From contig OZ037772.1 of assembly GCA_964035545.1 (NCBI GenBank), forward strand, positions 6,370,889 through 6,434,888: DNA of 64,000 bases, given 5' to 3'. Below, in pieces: positions 46,700 through 61,041 of this stretch; within the stretch, counting starts at the first letter, position 1, and the number at the start of each line of letters is the position of its first letter. The notes below the pieces were generated by a model. The model searched no databases and was not told the origin of the DNA. It saw nothing but the letters and a program-made list of their open reading frames with translations. Both the position numbers and the translations under genes were made by a program. This DNA comes from Bugula neritina (lineage: Eukaryota; Animalia; Bryozoa).

Positions 46700-47200
46700 T
46701 ACAAACAGCTGTTTAAATTAGTCAAATAAGCATATACGCTTTTCATATCCACCACTGTTTCTATTGTTAGGTGAAGCCATGAACAGACCTTTAATCAATT
46801 AATCTAAGTAAATAGCTTACTATAGCCAAACAATTTGTTATACAAAAGTCACTGATTTCATAAGGTCAGCAGAAATGGACCAATCGAATTCCAGCATTAG
46901 ATAACCACATATAATTTCCTTTGGGACAACAGATGCGCAATCACCCTGCGGCATTATCAATAATCAATTAATATAATCATTCAGGTTTTATTTGTGCTGT
47001 CGCTCAGTTTTTAGGCAGGCTTTGTATTTATTAATTTTTAGTTTGCAGTTTATTCAGTTTTACATGGTTTGCTAAAATATTTCTAAGATGTCTTTAAAAA
47101 TTGACAAAATAGTTTTATATCAGCATTAGGTAATGAGAAATTTTCTTAGTGCTGAATTAATTAACTAGCAAAAACAATTTATGCTTTTGTAGATACACAT
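46700..47200. repeat. Cluster spacer repeat (other copies at ~51050-51750, ~55050-55560 inverted, ~60580-61380)
   Basis: Shared gtgaag.catgaaca, accaatc.ga.ttc.agc.tta and tatcagcatt..gtaatg blocks in four places, lying between the 3' and 5' ends of cluster genes. Confidence 0.75.
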
Positions 47201-48017
47201 GTAATAAAAAGTTATAACAAAACAGCAAAAATTGTTTAAAGAACAGTTAAAAAGCAAACAAAAATTAAAAACAAACGACCAAATGAATGAGAAAATATGG
47301 AACGATCAGTTTTGACAAAACAAAAGAATAAAATTTTTAAAACATAAAGCTAAGCATGATATATATAGAATATTGCAACAAAACATTTTGGCTTTAGTTT
47401 ATAATGTATAAAACCATAGACTGAATTGTTTAAATGGGAAATATAAGACTATGCAGGTTTTAGCTATACCAGCTAAGTGTGACAATATTTTCAAAGAAAA
47501 ACTTAACTATATGTAAGGAGTATTACTTCTATAAATTGCTATATATAATATGAAAAAACATGACTAGTTAATGCTTATATGTTATATATTATGAGTCATA
47601 AATGTTTATATTGAACTTACAATAATTATATCAGAAAGTGATATACGTAGATATATATATATATATATATAAGTCTATACATGCTTGCAAAATTTACTTA
47701 GAACTACAGCATCCTGCTATTATCCTGCTTTCTCCTATATGAGTAAAGCAGTATGTTTATATCTTTAGTTCTAACTTATTGTTCTTTTAAATTATGACAA
47801 GTAGGCTAGGTTTTCAGTGGCCTATCAAAATTGGCCAGTTCAAAATAGAGATGTACGCAAATATAACGCAAATCGCAATCATCAGACTAGCGCAAACACA
47901 CACACACACCAACACGCAGACAAACACGCACACAAACACCGACACAAACATGAAGACACACACACATGCAGACATATGGTAGTAGGCCAGGTTTTTGGCA
48001 AGTAAGATTGCATCACA

Positions 48018-49720
48018 CTAGTTGTTAGCAGGCTGTTCAACAATTTCTAACCCATGGATTTCAAGCTCATAAATATTAAAATAGTCATTCACTTCAACAG
48101 CTGTTACTCTCACATATCTACCATACATTCTAGTACGACATGTAACCAGAAATATATCTGCAGGTGGTTGTCCAGGAAGGTAGTCACATATCTCATTTTC
48201 TACTGGATCATCAAAGTTAGTGTCAGTTTCACCAACTGTTATTCTCACATTAGCTAGTCTGGTGTTGGGGGCTATGATATAAACAAATATCAATGAAAAA
48301 GTAGAGATAAGCCAATAAAAAGGAATATGAAACTATTTGAAAATAAGAAATTGACAATCTTTATATAGCAATGTCATATTTAAACTGCAAATCAAATTGT
48401 CTGCATGAAATGCGTTTTCACAGTGAGATATAGACAACTTTTAGAACAGCAAACACACCTGAGAAAATGCTTTTATTGACTCACTGTGATTTGGGTTCTT
48501 TGATCTGTTCCATATCTTGACACCTTCAACATAGTGGTTGGTGGTCAGATCCACTTGTATCCATGGAGACAGTTCTTTTTGGCTATGTGCCAAACTTGCA
48601 AGTTCTTCCAACCCAGAATTTGAAGGGAGGTAAATTCCATCAACTGCCTTGAACCCTGCGGAACTTGGATATCGCCACACACTGCTCATGCTCACTACTG
48701 CATCTAGAATTTATGCAGATGATGTATAAATTATAGTCAGACTACAATACTTTGGACAATTAGTTTGATCATAGAAAAAACTTAAAAGAATGTTTTCCGG
48801 CCTGAAGAATTTGGAAGATATCCAGCCAGTTTTATGTATTTCATTGTCAAACATAATTAACTTTTGGCCGTCAATTGATTATAGAGTTCTTAAATTGTAA
48901 AAATATTCACAGATAATTGCCCTTACTTTTGGTTAGATTAATAGAAGGGCCATAAACAACCAACTCTTCAGAATATATCTTCTTAACAGAACAAAGTCTG
49001 CTAGTCTGCTCTATGTTGATTATCGCTTCTGGTTTATCAGACAGGAAACAGGTTGATGTATTCTTGTCATATGACACAGCAACACATGACTGGTTACAGG
49101 AGCAGAGAGACAGACAGAGCTCAGGACTAGAAGTGATTTTCTGTTGGTAGTGTGTTAACACATCAGAAAATGTTTCATTTAGAAAAACACTTTCATCTAA
49201 AACATAAAATTGCTAACATCAGCTAACTACTTTTTGTAAAGAGTATCATACAGCTACTCCCATTTTTTTACTATGAAATAAGTTTTTATTCAATGCTGAT
49301 ATTTGCTAAATAGACAAATTTTGGTCTAAAAAGATAGCAGGATTTTATGTAGAAAAAACATGAGTTTTAGTTATATATTAACTGGTCATTGAAGATATCT
49401 TCAAGAAGTAAATCATCTCTTCCAAGTTTCCTTCTTCTAGCTCCACTGAAGGTTCATTGAATATTCTACAAGTTCTGGTCACTGATTCAAAGACACCAGA
49501 CTGACACTGACTGTGGAGATCACTGCATTGAGACATACACTCTAGAGTAGAGCGAGCTGGAAAAAGGTAATAAAGTTATTGCTTTTTTTGAACTGCAGTC
49601 TATTTTGAATAAAGAAATATAAGTTAAAAATATAGAAATACCACCTACAAAAGTATTACTGTTATAAGCATACAAATAAAATGTTTTTACCAAATTATTT
49701 GTTATTTTATCGTAATCACA

Positions 49721-49812
<92 letters not shown>

Positions 49813-50507
49813 CATAATTCTACCACAATGATACAACAATACTATAATTTGATAATAAAGGCATGAAGGAAAAGAAAAAGGAAACATAAAATATTACAAA
49901 ATTGTTGCATAAAACATGTTTAAAATACCTATATCTTCTTTCCTGGAAAGATTGAAAGCATGATAAATTGTAATTGTTGTAACATGCAGTTACATAAATC
50001 AATTTTTTTAATTCATACCTGTTTTGTGTAAAACCTGTGCTGTGTGTTTAGCAGCTATAAACACTTTCCTAATATAAATTGTAGCATGTAACACAGAATC
50101 TTATACCACTAGAGCCAAAAAGAAAAGCTTAATAAATATCCTAAATAATTCATAAACTTATTGTACTGATTACTAGGCAGATCTACCTTTGGTATTTATA
50201 TAATAGAAGATTGTAAAACATGCAAACTTAGTCGTAAATAATCAAATCCTGACAAAAGTTTATTAACAAACATATGTAAGATTAGGTTATGCTCTCAACT
50301 GTCTACTGGTCAAGTACTTCAACTCACAAAATAACCAGCTTTTAACAGCTGACGTGCCTTACTTTTTCTAAACTCCTGAATTTGAGATTCTGAACTGTTG
50401 AATGCTGATATCTTATGCGTACAATAATATTCTCCAGTCGTATTCATTAAGGAAACGAGTGATATAAATCGTGATATGAAAAGCAAACACACCATAAGTA
50501 GCTTCAT
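48018..50507 (-). CDS. Gene C: secreted PAN-PAN-F-type lectin protein, 353 aa, 5 exons
   Basis: Exons 50507-50363, 49556-49383, 49196-48927, 48703-48485, 48271-48018. GT-AG, all phase 1, open frame (1062 nt). Retains the H-X26-R spacing (AHSQKELSPWIQVDL...WNR). Confidence 0.9.
49728..49808. repeat. (TA)n microsatellite in intron 1 of gene C
   Basis: Directly visible. Confidence 0.97.
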
Positions 50508-51340
50508 GTTTGAAATAAAAACTCAGCGAGATATAGCATATATAGACAACTTTTTGTTTATGAAATTGCGATGCGCCACCCTTCACGCAAAATGTCCAAA
50601 TGACAAAAAAGCATGGTAATATATTATGTACATCTACCTTTATGGTGATTCATCCTGATATCAGTTATTATAAATATTCATCACAATGAATTATTGATAC
50701 AATGTATAATTTAATTTGCCAAAAGCCTAATCAATAGCACAATTATAATGTACCTCTGAAGACTCACTTGCTATAATCACTAGAATAAAAAACCTTGTAT
50801 TGGTCGAGTGCTTTTTGCATTTTTAAAAAGCCTACACAATACCCTTTATGTTCATGTTTTATTTAACTCATTCCCAAAAGAAAAATTTAACATTAAAATA
50901 AGAGTTATTCAGTGTTGAGTTTAGATTGTATGAATAATGTAATATATAGAAATAGGCCTATAAGCTGAGTTATGCATGAGCATTGTTTCTATATATTTCA
51001 TTTAATAATAATAGTCTAAACTTTATAGAGAGTAAAATTTCTCTTGTTTACAGCTTGTACCATTTATAACATTTGTCTCTCTACCACAGTTTTTATTGTT
51101 ATGTGAAGCCATGAACAGTTTTTAATCACATTAATTTAGGTAAGTGGTTACCTACATCCAATCAATTTGTTATACAATTTATCTGATCTTTTAATTGGTC
51201 AGCCGAGGTATACCAATCAGATTTCAGCATTAGATAACAAATGAAGTCCTCAAGGCAATAGATACACTTCTGTCACCTTGATGTATCAATAATAATCACA
51301 CAATGGATAAAGGTAGATTTTCTTATCGAACTCAGTTTTT
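50290..51340. repeat. Left arm of a high-identity inverted repeat (partner ~55275-56375)
   Basis: For example, tgaaattgcgatgcgccacccttcacgcaaaatgtccaaatgacaaaaaagcatggtaatatattatgtacatctacctttatggtgattcatcctgatatcag (50561-50664) is the exact reverse complement of the sequence at ~55957-56060. Confidence 0.92.
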
Positions 51341-51391
51341 AAGCAGTGAGTTGTGGGCTGTTTTTAACACCCTTTATTTGTGTTGCTATCA

Positions 51392-51610
51392 GGGAGCAGC
51401 CTTGGTCTAGGGGTTAAAGTATTTGCTCAGTAAACACGAAGTCATTGGTTCAAACCCCAACTAAGGCCATTGGTGATGTTAGAAAGAACATCCAGTTATA
51501 ATTGCTCCTGTGCCCCATCTGAATAAGTCCTTCTTCCAAACTAACAAAAAAAACTCTTCCTTTCAGAGGTTCTCACAGGAATATATAGCGACTATAAACT
51601 TGCGTGATTT
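51392..51610 (+). mobile_element. tRNA-Thr(AGT)-derived SINE, best-preserved copy
   Basis: A-box-like tggtctagggg, anticodon-arm-like ctcagtaaacacg and B-box ggttcaaacc. Absent from the matching position of the inverted arm (~55225-55240). Confidence 0.85.
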
Positions 51611-52116
51611 TTTTATTTTTTTTGCTCTCATATCTTTATATAAAGCACTTTCAAACGTAAATAAAAGGGTTTCCTACCGGTATTCACTAATGTGAATTTT
51701 GCCTAATGCTTAATTGATGACATTTGGCAAAGCAATTTATTTCTTTGTATAAATCCCAAAATTATACTTTCCACAAAGAAGCAAATAATATTCAAATACA
51801 TAATTAATAAAAAACTGATGCAGATGTGTTGTGTTTTTATCACACAAAAATTATATAATATTCAGCTGACATGACAATGAGTTGCGATTTAAGGTTGGAG
51901 AATCTCCTCCCAGCCTGTTTTGTGAGACATAATTAAATTCATCGCATAAAATTATTACATAATTATATTGAATTTCAATGAATTTTGAGCAAACTTTGAT
52001 GTTTGTTTATAATTTGTTGCGATGTGTACTAAATACAGTAAAATGACTTATTTACTGTATGGAAAACATGCAACCTATGTGAACAACGTAGTCCTAATTT
52101 GATTTAATTGTGAAAG

Positions 52117-52437
<321 letters not shown>

Positions 52438-53051
52438 TTGTGCAGGATTTAGTAGAGACTTGTGAATGGGTTTATAATAAGTGAGATAAATCAGAACTGC
52501 ATGTGTATCAAACAGAGTTTCAATGAAGCGTCATAACCAAAAGAGCCATTACAAACAAAGGGGTCGACAATACCATAGGGCCCCAGTTGCTATATATGCA
52601 ATCATGCATTCATTTTAGCTGCACCGAGTGCCCGGAAGCGCTCCACACATGCAAACGAAGTAGCTGGTGCAATTAGGTGAACCAGGAATACAAGTTACAC
52701 ATTATAATAACAAAAATTTAGTTGTCTTGGATTTGTATAACAAGTGTGACAATGCAGGTAATAGTAATTGAACTTAATATAATAAATATTTATAAAGATA
52801 TATTCATGTATAACTAGACATGTTCTTTTGTGCCCCTGAGTGTCTTAGCAACTCTCCAAACAAATTCTGCAAACAAATAGTTTCTCAAATGTTATTCAAT
52901 TAAAAGAAATTAATATTTAAATTTAATTGAACGTAATATAATACATCATCATGAAAATATATTCATGTATAAATGTTTCTGAATGGCATAGCAATTCTAT
53001 GAGCAAATAGTTAGTCAAATGTTTTCCACAAGTAGAGTTGTTATTTCAAAC

Positions 53052-54695
53052 ATGGAGCTACTCTTAGTGTACATGTTGTTGATGTCACAATTTCTACCAA
53101 TTGTGGCTTTGATAGATTCTGCTGAAGAATATTATTGCACAAAGCAGATCTCTGGATACAACACTTCAGGATTTCAAATTCTGCAGGAGTCTAGAAAAGG
53201 TACAATAATTCAGCTGTTGAAAAATAGTGATTTTGTGCTCTAAGCTATTCAACCAGTAATCAATGAAAGCATAACCTAATTTTACAACTGTTTTAACACT
53301 TTACATTTTACAAGTTTTTTTTTCAGAGAAGCTGTATTTGCTTTACATTTCTTTTTATTGAATAATTATCAATTGTTCAGTGAGTTTATATTATGTTTAA
53401 CTTATGCAAGTTTAAAGTCATGCAAGTGTATATAGCTGCTATTCCTGTGAACCCCCCCCCTCCCGGTGGAAAGGGTTTTTGTTAATCAGGCTAAAAACTT
53501 ATTCAAATAAAGCAAAGGAGCAATTATATGACTGCATGCTCTTCTTTGCATCACCAATGGGCTTTGTCTGGGCTTAAACTCATGACCTCGTGTTTACTAG
53601 GCAAACGCTCTAACCCCTAGACCACGGCTCTACCATAGTATGTGTTATTTATTGTGTTCCGTATATCATATTTTCTCTTATAAGATTCTGTGCTATGTTA
53701 CTTGTTGAAGAATATATTTATAACAACTTAGCTTGATATAAATCAAACACTACATGATGTGTTAAGTTTTTTCATTAGCTTTCGAGGTTCAAATCCCAGT
53801 GGAGGAAAATTTCAATGACTATTTTTAAAAAAAGTTGTGAAGGCAACTTACCCTAACATATTATTACAATTGCAAGTTGTTCTCCTTTCAGTTAAATTAC
53901 AGTAATATGATATTAAAAGAAGATAAAGACAATATATTTTACATCATATACATGTAAGCTATATAATATAAGGCTATAGTACGCAGGAAGTTATATTGTC
54001 CAATTTAATACGTGTGCAGGCAAAATGAATTAAACTGCCCCTTTGCTCAACAAATTATTAGCACCTATAAAAAGCAGTTAGTATACACAATCAGAGCATT
54101 GACTATTAATAAGCTCAATTATTGATCTTTTTTTGCAAAAACCTGTGAAAACATTATTAATTCATTCGCAGAAAGATTTTTACTAAACTTGCCTATAAAC
54201 AAATTTATGCATGTAGCCTATATAAATACACAGGTGAAATATTATGATTTTTAGATTAGCTTTTGTTTGCAACTATTTGGTCTGAATTAGATGCATTGTT
54301 CTAAAGCCAAAATTTGTATTATATCAGGTTACAGTATATACTAAAATATTAATTAACGTTAGCATAAAGAATCATATATTTTAATTCGGTAAAGACATTC
54401 TATATGTTTGCTAACAGTAATGCTTAGTAGATGCAGGGTATTTTTTCACTGTTAGCTTATATCTTTTTAATTTAAAATAAACTACAAAGTTGAAGAGTAG
54501 AAAAACTTTATTGATTTTTAAGTCGCTCTACTCTTGGGTGTATGACTCAATGCAGTAATCTCCACAGTCAGTGTCTGTCTGGTGTCTTTGAATCAGCAAA
54601 CAGAACTTGTAGACTATTCAATGAACCTTTAGTAGAGCTGGAAAAAGGAAACTTGGGGGAGATGATTTATTTTATAAACTTATCTTTAACCATAA
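53052..54695 (+). pseudogene. Gene D: truncated paralog (exons 1-2 only)
   Basis: Exon 1 at 53052-53199 (MELLLVYMLLMSQFLPIVALIDSAEEYYCTKQIS..) has an intact donor. The exon 2 homolog at 54522-54695 has AA at the in-frame acceptor position, and using the adjacent AG frameshifts. Intron-2 similarity to gene E stops at ~55030 and no exons 3-5 follow. Confidence 0.8.
53422..53634 (-). mobile_element. tRNA-derived SINE copy (intron 1 of gene D)
   Basis: The reverse complement reads gccgtggtctaggggttagagcgtttgcctagtaaacacgaggtcatgagtttaagccc..gaagagagcatgcagtc. Confidence 0.82.
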
Positions 54696-56116
54696 GTGAA
54701 AATATATATAACTAAAACTTAAGCCTAAAGTACAATAGCAATGGTTTCTTGTAAAATATTTTCCGTAATTAGTTTAATATCAGTGTTTATTCAGAATTAT
54801 TAAGTTAATGATTAACAATGAAATGAATGGGTGCAGAAGTAGTGGTGTATAGTGGCTGTAGGAAGTATGCTCCCCAACCTCCCATGTATTAAATATATAT
54901 CTGCAGCAGAAGACGCGATATTGTATTGTATTGTAAAAATTCCAAAAGATGATAGCAATCAAATGGGGCACCGTACCACTCTCTACGTTGACATTGCCGG
55001 AGCTCCCACCCGCCAATCAGAGTCAATCCCCACAGGCCAATCATGATATTTTCCACCATTTTTGCTTCTTTGTGGTTACATATAAAAATTATTTAGGCAT
55101 TTACAAAGACATAAAACGCTTTGCCAAATATTATTAATTGAGCATTAGGCAAAATTCCCATTACTGAATGCTGATATGAAACTATTGTGTTTATTTTTGA
55201 AGATGATTTATATAGAGATAGACAAGGATTATAGCAAAAAAGATTAATGATGTTAAAACAGATCAAAATTAATCGCTTAAAAGCTGAGTACGATAAAAAA
55301 TCTACCTATATTCATTGTGTTATTATCATTGACACATCAAGGTGACAGAAATGTATCTATTGCATTGAAGGACTTTACTTGTTATCTAATACTGAAATCT
55401 GATTGGTCTACCTCGGCTGACCAATTATAGGATCAGATAAATTGTATAACAAATTGATTGGATGTAGGTAACTACTTACCTAAATTAAATTGATTAAAAA
55501 CTGTTCATGACTTCACCTAACAATAAAAACAGTGGTGGAGAGACACAAGTGTTATAGATGATGCAAGCAATAAACAAGAGAAATTATACTCTCTAAGGTT
55601 CATACTATTATTAATAAATGAAATATATAAAAACGATGCTCATGCATAACTCAGCTTATATAGGCCTATTTCTATATATTACATTATTCATACAATCGAA
55701 ACTCAACACTGAATAACTCTTATTATAATGTTAAGTTTTTCTTTTGGGAATAAGTTAAATAAAACATGAACATAAAGGGTATTGTGTAGTCTTTTTAAAA
55801 ATGCAAAAAGCTCTGGACCAATACAAGGTTTTTTATTCTAGTGATTATAGCAAGTGAGTTTGCAGAGGTACATTATAATTGTGCTATTGATTAAGCTTTT
55901 GGCAAATTAAATTGTACATTGTATCAATAATTTATTGTGATGAATATTTATAATCACTGATATCAGGATGAATCACCATAAAGGTAGATGTACATAATAT
56001 ATTACCATGCTTTTTTGTCATTTGGACATTTTGCGTGAAGGGTGGCGCATCGCAATTTCATAAACAAAAAGTAATTGTCTATATATGCTATATCTCGCTG
56101 AGTTTTTATTTCAAAC

Positions 56117-56876
56117 ATGAAGCTACTTTTGGTGTGTTTGCTTTTCATATCACGATTTATATCACTCTTTGCTTTAATGAATACGACTGGAGAATATTAT
56201 TGTACGCATAAGATATCAGCATTCAACAGTTCAGAATATCAAATTCAGGAGTTTAGAAAAGGTAAGGCACATCAGACTGGTAAAGTAAGGCAAGTCAGCT
56301 GTGAAAAGCTGGTGATTTTGTGAGTTAATTAGTACTTGACCAGTAAACAAGTGAAAGCATAGCCTAATCTTACATCAGTTTCAATTTCAGTTTGGGGGAG
56401 TTCCCAACTAAGAAACCCTGGAGAGTGAATGCATGGGAACTGGATATATGCATATACATAATATATACATATAATACGTATATACTCTTTTTTTATATTT
56501 TTGTTAGTAAACTTTTATCAGGATTTGATCCTTAGTTTGCGTGGTTTACAATTTTTTGTTATATAAATACCAAATGTAGATCTGCCCACGTATAGCCTAA
56601 TCAGTTCAATGAGATATTATGAATTATTTAGGATATACCATAAGCTTTTCCTTTCTGCTATAATGCTACAAGATTCTGTGCTATGTTAGCTATACTTTAT
56701 ATTAAAAAAGTGTTTATAGCAACCGAACAGTACAGCACAGCTTTTACACAAAACAAGTATGAAATGAATTAAAAAATTAACCTAACCGCATGTTACAGCA
56801 ATTATAATTTATTATACTTCCAATCAAATTATATTTATATTATCAACTGCAGTAAAATGCTAACATACCATAGGTG

Positions 56877-56938
<62 letters not shown>

Positions 56939-59365
56939 CATATAGTCAGTGGAAGAAATACATCCAAAAATATTCATAATTAATGTGCAAGAAGCTTGTT
57001 CACTGTAAAGAATTTCATAGCCAATTACATAGTTTTAATGTTATTATAACTATTTTGCTTAGGTTTTGTTTGTAATTACATTATTTGGTCTAAATCAAAT
57101 ACATTGTTCTTAAGTCAAACTGTCAGCTTTGATTTTAATAGAATACAATATATATATATAGCTTACATTATATACTAAAATATAATTACGTTAAAATAAA
57201 AACTAACTTATTTCAATCGGGTAAAAATATTCTATCTGTTTGCTAACAGTAATGGTTTTTATATACCTAGGTGATATTTTTTTTAACTTATATGTTTTTA
57301 TTTAAAATGGACTATATACAGCTTAAAGAACAGAAATTAATAACTGTATTGTTTTTTTCAGCTCGCTCTACTCTAGAATGTATGACTCAATGCAATGATC
57401 TCCACAGTCAGTGTCAGTCTGGTGTCTTTGAATCAGCAAACAGAACTTGTAGACTGTTCAATGAACCTTTAGTACAGCTCGAAGATGGAAACTTGGAGGA
57501 GATGGTTTACTTTATGAAGTTATCTTTAACCGCAAGTAAAAATAAATATAACTCAAACCTAATCCTAAAGTACAATAGCAATGGTTTCTTGTTAAATATT
57601 CGCTAATATATTTATGGGCCCAAATTCGTTTAATATCAGTGTTTATTCAGAACCTCTTTAAGCTAAGTAATCATAAAATAAATGGGTACAGGAGTAGTGG
57701 TGTAGTGGCTGTGGGAAGTATACCGCCAACCTCCCATGTATTAAATACCTGCAGCAGAAAACGTGATATTGTATTGTATTATAAAAGTTCCTAGAAACGA
57801 TAACTCCATTAAAAATGCCACAATCTCATGCGGCACTACACCACTCCCCTACCCGCCAATCAGAGTCAACCCTTTAGATACAAACAGCACCAAATCTGAC
57901 GCCCAACCTCAGTTGGAAGATAACTGTCATGTAGACTAGAATACAATTGTATAGTTGTTCTATGTGTGTATTTTTTGCGATGGCTGATTGTTTTACTCGT
58001 ATATAGTAAGACATAAAATATAGATCTTTCACAAACGCTAACTATACTTTGTTTTCTCTCTAACCATCATATAGTAGATCATGCAGCAGTAATTCATGCA
58101 TACAATAATACTTCACTCTCGTAGTGCACAGAACTACAAATGTATAGTAGTACTCTTCACAGTTGATATATTAGGAATCTTATGTTTTAGGTGAAAGTGT
58201 TTTTCTGATTGAAACATTTTCTGATGTGTCAACACATTACCAACAGAGAATCACTTCTAGTCACGAGTTCTGTCTGTATCTCTGCTCCTCTAACCAATCA
58301 TGTGTTGCTGTGTCATATGACAAGAATACATCAACCTGCTTCCTGTCTGATAAACCAGAAGTGATAATCAACGCAGAGCAGACTAGTAGACTGTGTTCTG
58401 TTAAGAAGATATACTCTGAAGAGTTGGTAGTCTTTGCCTTCTCTACCAGTCTTGCTCAAGGTAAAGACATTTAACTCCAATTGTTTTTAGAATATATAAG
58501 CTATCGATTGATGGCCAAAATTTAATTATGTTTGACAGCGAATCACATGAAACTGCATGGTTCGATTTTTATCCAGATGTTTCAGGTATAAACATTTTGT
58601 CAGCCATTTTGCATGATTGAAATTGTCTAAAATTTTGCAGCCTGAGATATCACATGTAATTTAAATAAATTCTAGATGCAGTAGTGAGTATGAGCAGTGT
58701 GCGGGAATATCCAAGTTTCGCAGGGTTCAAGGCAGTTGATGGAAATTACCTCCCCTCAGATTCTGGGTTGGGTGAGCTTGAAAGTTTGGCACATAGCCTA
58801 AACGAGCTGTCTCCTTGGATACAAGTAGACTTGGGCACCAACCACTATGTTGAAGGTGTCAAGATATGGAACAGGTCAGAGCACCCAGCTCCCGGTGAGT
58901 GAATAAAAGCATTTTCTTAAGTGTTTGCTGTTCTGGAAGTTGTCTATATCTAGCTCAAGCTAGTACTGTGAACACTCATTTTAGACAATCTGATTTGCAA
59001 TTTAAATATGACATTGCTATGAAGATTGTCAATTTCTCATTTTCAAATAATTCCATATTCCTTTTTATTGGCTAATCTCTACTTTTTCATTGATATCTGT
59101 TTATATCATAGCCCTCAGCACCAGACTAGCTAATGTGAGAATAACAGTTGGTGAAACTGACACTAACTTTGATGATCCACCAGAAGATGAGATCTGTGAC
59201 TACCTTCCTGGACAACCACCTGCAGATATATTTCTGGTTACATGTCGTACTAGAATGTATGGTAGATATGTGAGAGTAACAGCTGTTGAAATAAATAATC
59301 CTCTTCATATTTATGAGTTGGAAATTCACGGAACAAATATTGTTGAGTATGATGATGACAAGTGA
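56117..59365 (+). CDS. Gene E: secreted PAN-PAN-F-type lectin protein, 353 aa, 5 exons
   Basis: Exons 56117-56261, 57362-57535, 58191-58460, 58676-58894, 59112-59365. GT-AG, all phase 1, open frame (1062 nt). Has H-X26-R-S-E-X8-R. Confidence 0.92.
56878..56938. repeat. (TA)n microsatellite in intron 1 of gene E
   Basis: Directly visible. Confidence 0.97.
57696..57845. mobile_element. Small TIR element in intron 2 of gene E (paralogous copy ~54841-54980 in D)
   Basis: 12-bp inverted termini agtggtgtagtg / cactacaccact. Confidence 0.55.
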
Positions 59366-60357
59366 TGTGATGTTATAGCGCTAGTAGGTTGAACACTGTC
59401 ATGTAAAGAATGAGCCGTTTTCAGTATATACTGTTTGTGTGTGTTTGCACTTATGTTTTTTGGGCTTGTCTAATTTTCATTATGTGAATAACAGTTTGAC
59501 GAATAGATAGAATCAGCTTTTGGCACCTAAAACTATGTGATACTGTACGCTATATATATATGTTCAGATAATACATAACATTCGGTATAGTTCATTGTAC
59601 TTATATATATAACTTGCAATTTTGGCACTTGAATAGGCTTCTACATTAATGCATTTATTTAATATTTCTTTATATTTCAATTACTAATCTTCAACTCTGC
59701 TACATTAAATAACAATTAATATTGTTAGCCATATAATTTGTATACCATATTATATAGTTTTATTAATAAAATTATTATAATAAAATGGTTCATTACCATC
59801 ACCCCCTTGCAAGTTCACCGGTGTGCAAACTTTGTAACAATATGACATAACTTATTAGTACATACATTTTATAATTAACTTTCGGTTCAAGAAACGAAGA
59901 CAACTCCCCACTTGAATATAGCAAGAGGACACAACTACTCTATTGTCGTGTAAATTTACACATTTAGTACTTTAGAAAATACTGTTTGCACAATTTAAAA
60001 AAAGAAATTCTTTAATTAACAGATCTAGTTAAAAGTTGTGATATTAGCAAGACTTGAATAGCGTCTGGTAGTCAGTTAGCAATTATTTATAATATATTGA
60101 ACTCCACTTAGTAATAGACCTTTGATATCTCAGTCCCAAGTGAATAGCTCAACTAACTGCTCTTGTCAGTGTTTGGGAGAGTCTGGTGAACCAAGGCTAT
60201 CAAACTTCACTTATATCACAAATCATTCACATAAATCACATTATAAATTATTTATGCTGCTTAAGTGTTATACAATATACTACGTAAATACTAAAATAAG
60301 TCAAAGGATGTCATGGATCGATGACTCTGCAGTCTGAAATTACCTAGGAACTCAAGT

Positions 60358-60561
60358 AAGTTTATAATCGAAATTTTTATGAGAAACCATTGATGGAAAG
60401 AATTTTTGTTAAATTAGGTTAGAAATTTATTCAGATGAGGCACAGGAGCAATTATGACTGGTTGCTCTTTTTAACATCACCAATGGCCTTTGTCCGGGTC
60501 TGGACCGATGGCTTTGTGTTTACTATGCAAATGCTCTAACCCTTTGACCATGGTTGCTCCC
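60358..60561 (-). mobile_element. tRNA-derived SINE copy
   Basis: The reverse complement starts gggagcaaccatggtcaaagggttagagcatttgcatagtaaacac and contains cagtcataattgctcctgtgcctcatctgaataa. Confidence 0.82.
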
Positions 60562-60698
60562 ATTTCTAGATACATAATATATAACCACTGTTGAAATTAG
60601 CCAAATAAGCATATACACTGACTATATCCACTACTGTTTTCATTATTAGGTGAAGCCATGAACAAACTGTTGATAAATTAATTCAGGTTATTCAATAA

Positions 60699-61041
60699 GC
60701 CTAGGGCCACACGGTGCGTATTTTCGCATGCGAAAATTGAAATCACAAGTAGCAAAGGTGTCCACTGTGCGCGTTGAGAAAACCTTCGCACTTGTCGCTT
60801 TGCATTCTCAACACAAGTGCGAATCATCTCTGTCGTCGTCATCTAATTGGCTGGTAGCTATTCAGCGAGCCCAATTTCTTTATTTAGTGCTATATTCCAG
60901 TAAATTGCGTTTTATTGAAAGCGAGTGCGATTTAAAAATGAAAGCTTTATTTATCACGCATCACTGACGCTACAGTGGACACCTTTGCTACTTGTGATTT
61001 TAATTTTCACATGCGAAAATACGCACAGTGTGGCCCTAGGC
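60699..61041. mobile_element. MITE family 2, copy 2 (PIF/Harbinger Tourist-like), TAA target-site duplication
   Basis: taa|gcctagggccacacggtgcg ... cgcacagtgtggccctaggc|taa. It interrupts the cluster spacer repeat, whose other copies are empty at this site. Confidence 0.92.

Noticed and set aside
51392-51465. Possible tRNA gene
   Set aside because: No acceptor-stem pairing, and it continues into a shared SINE body, so it is annotated as a SINE.
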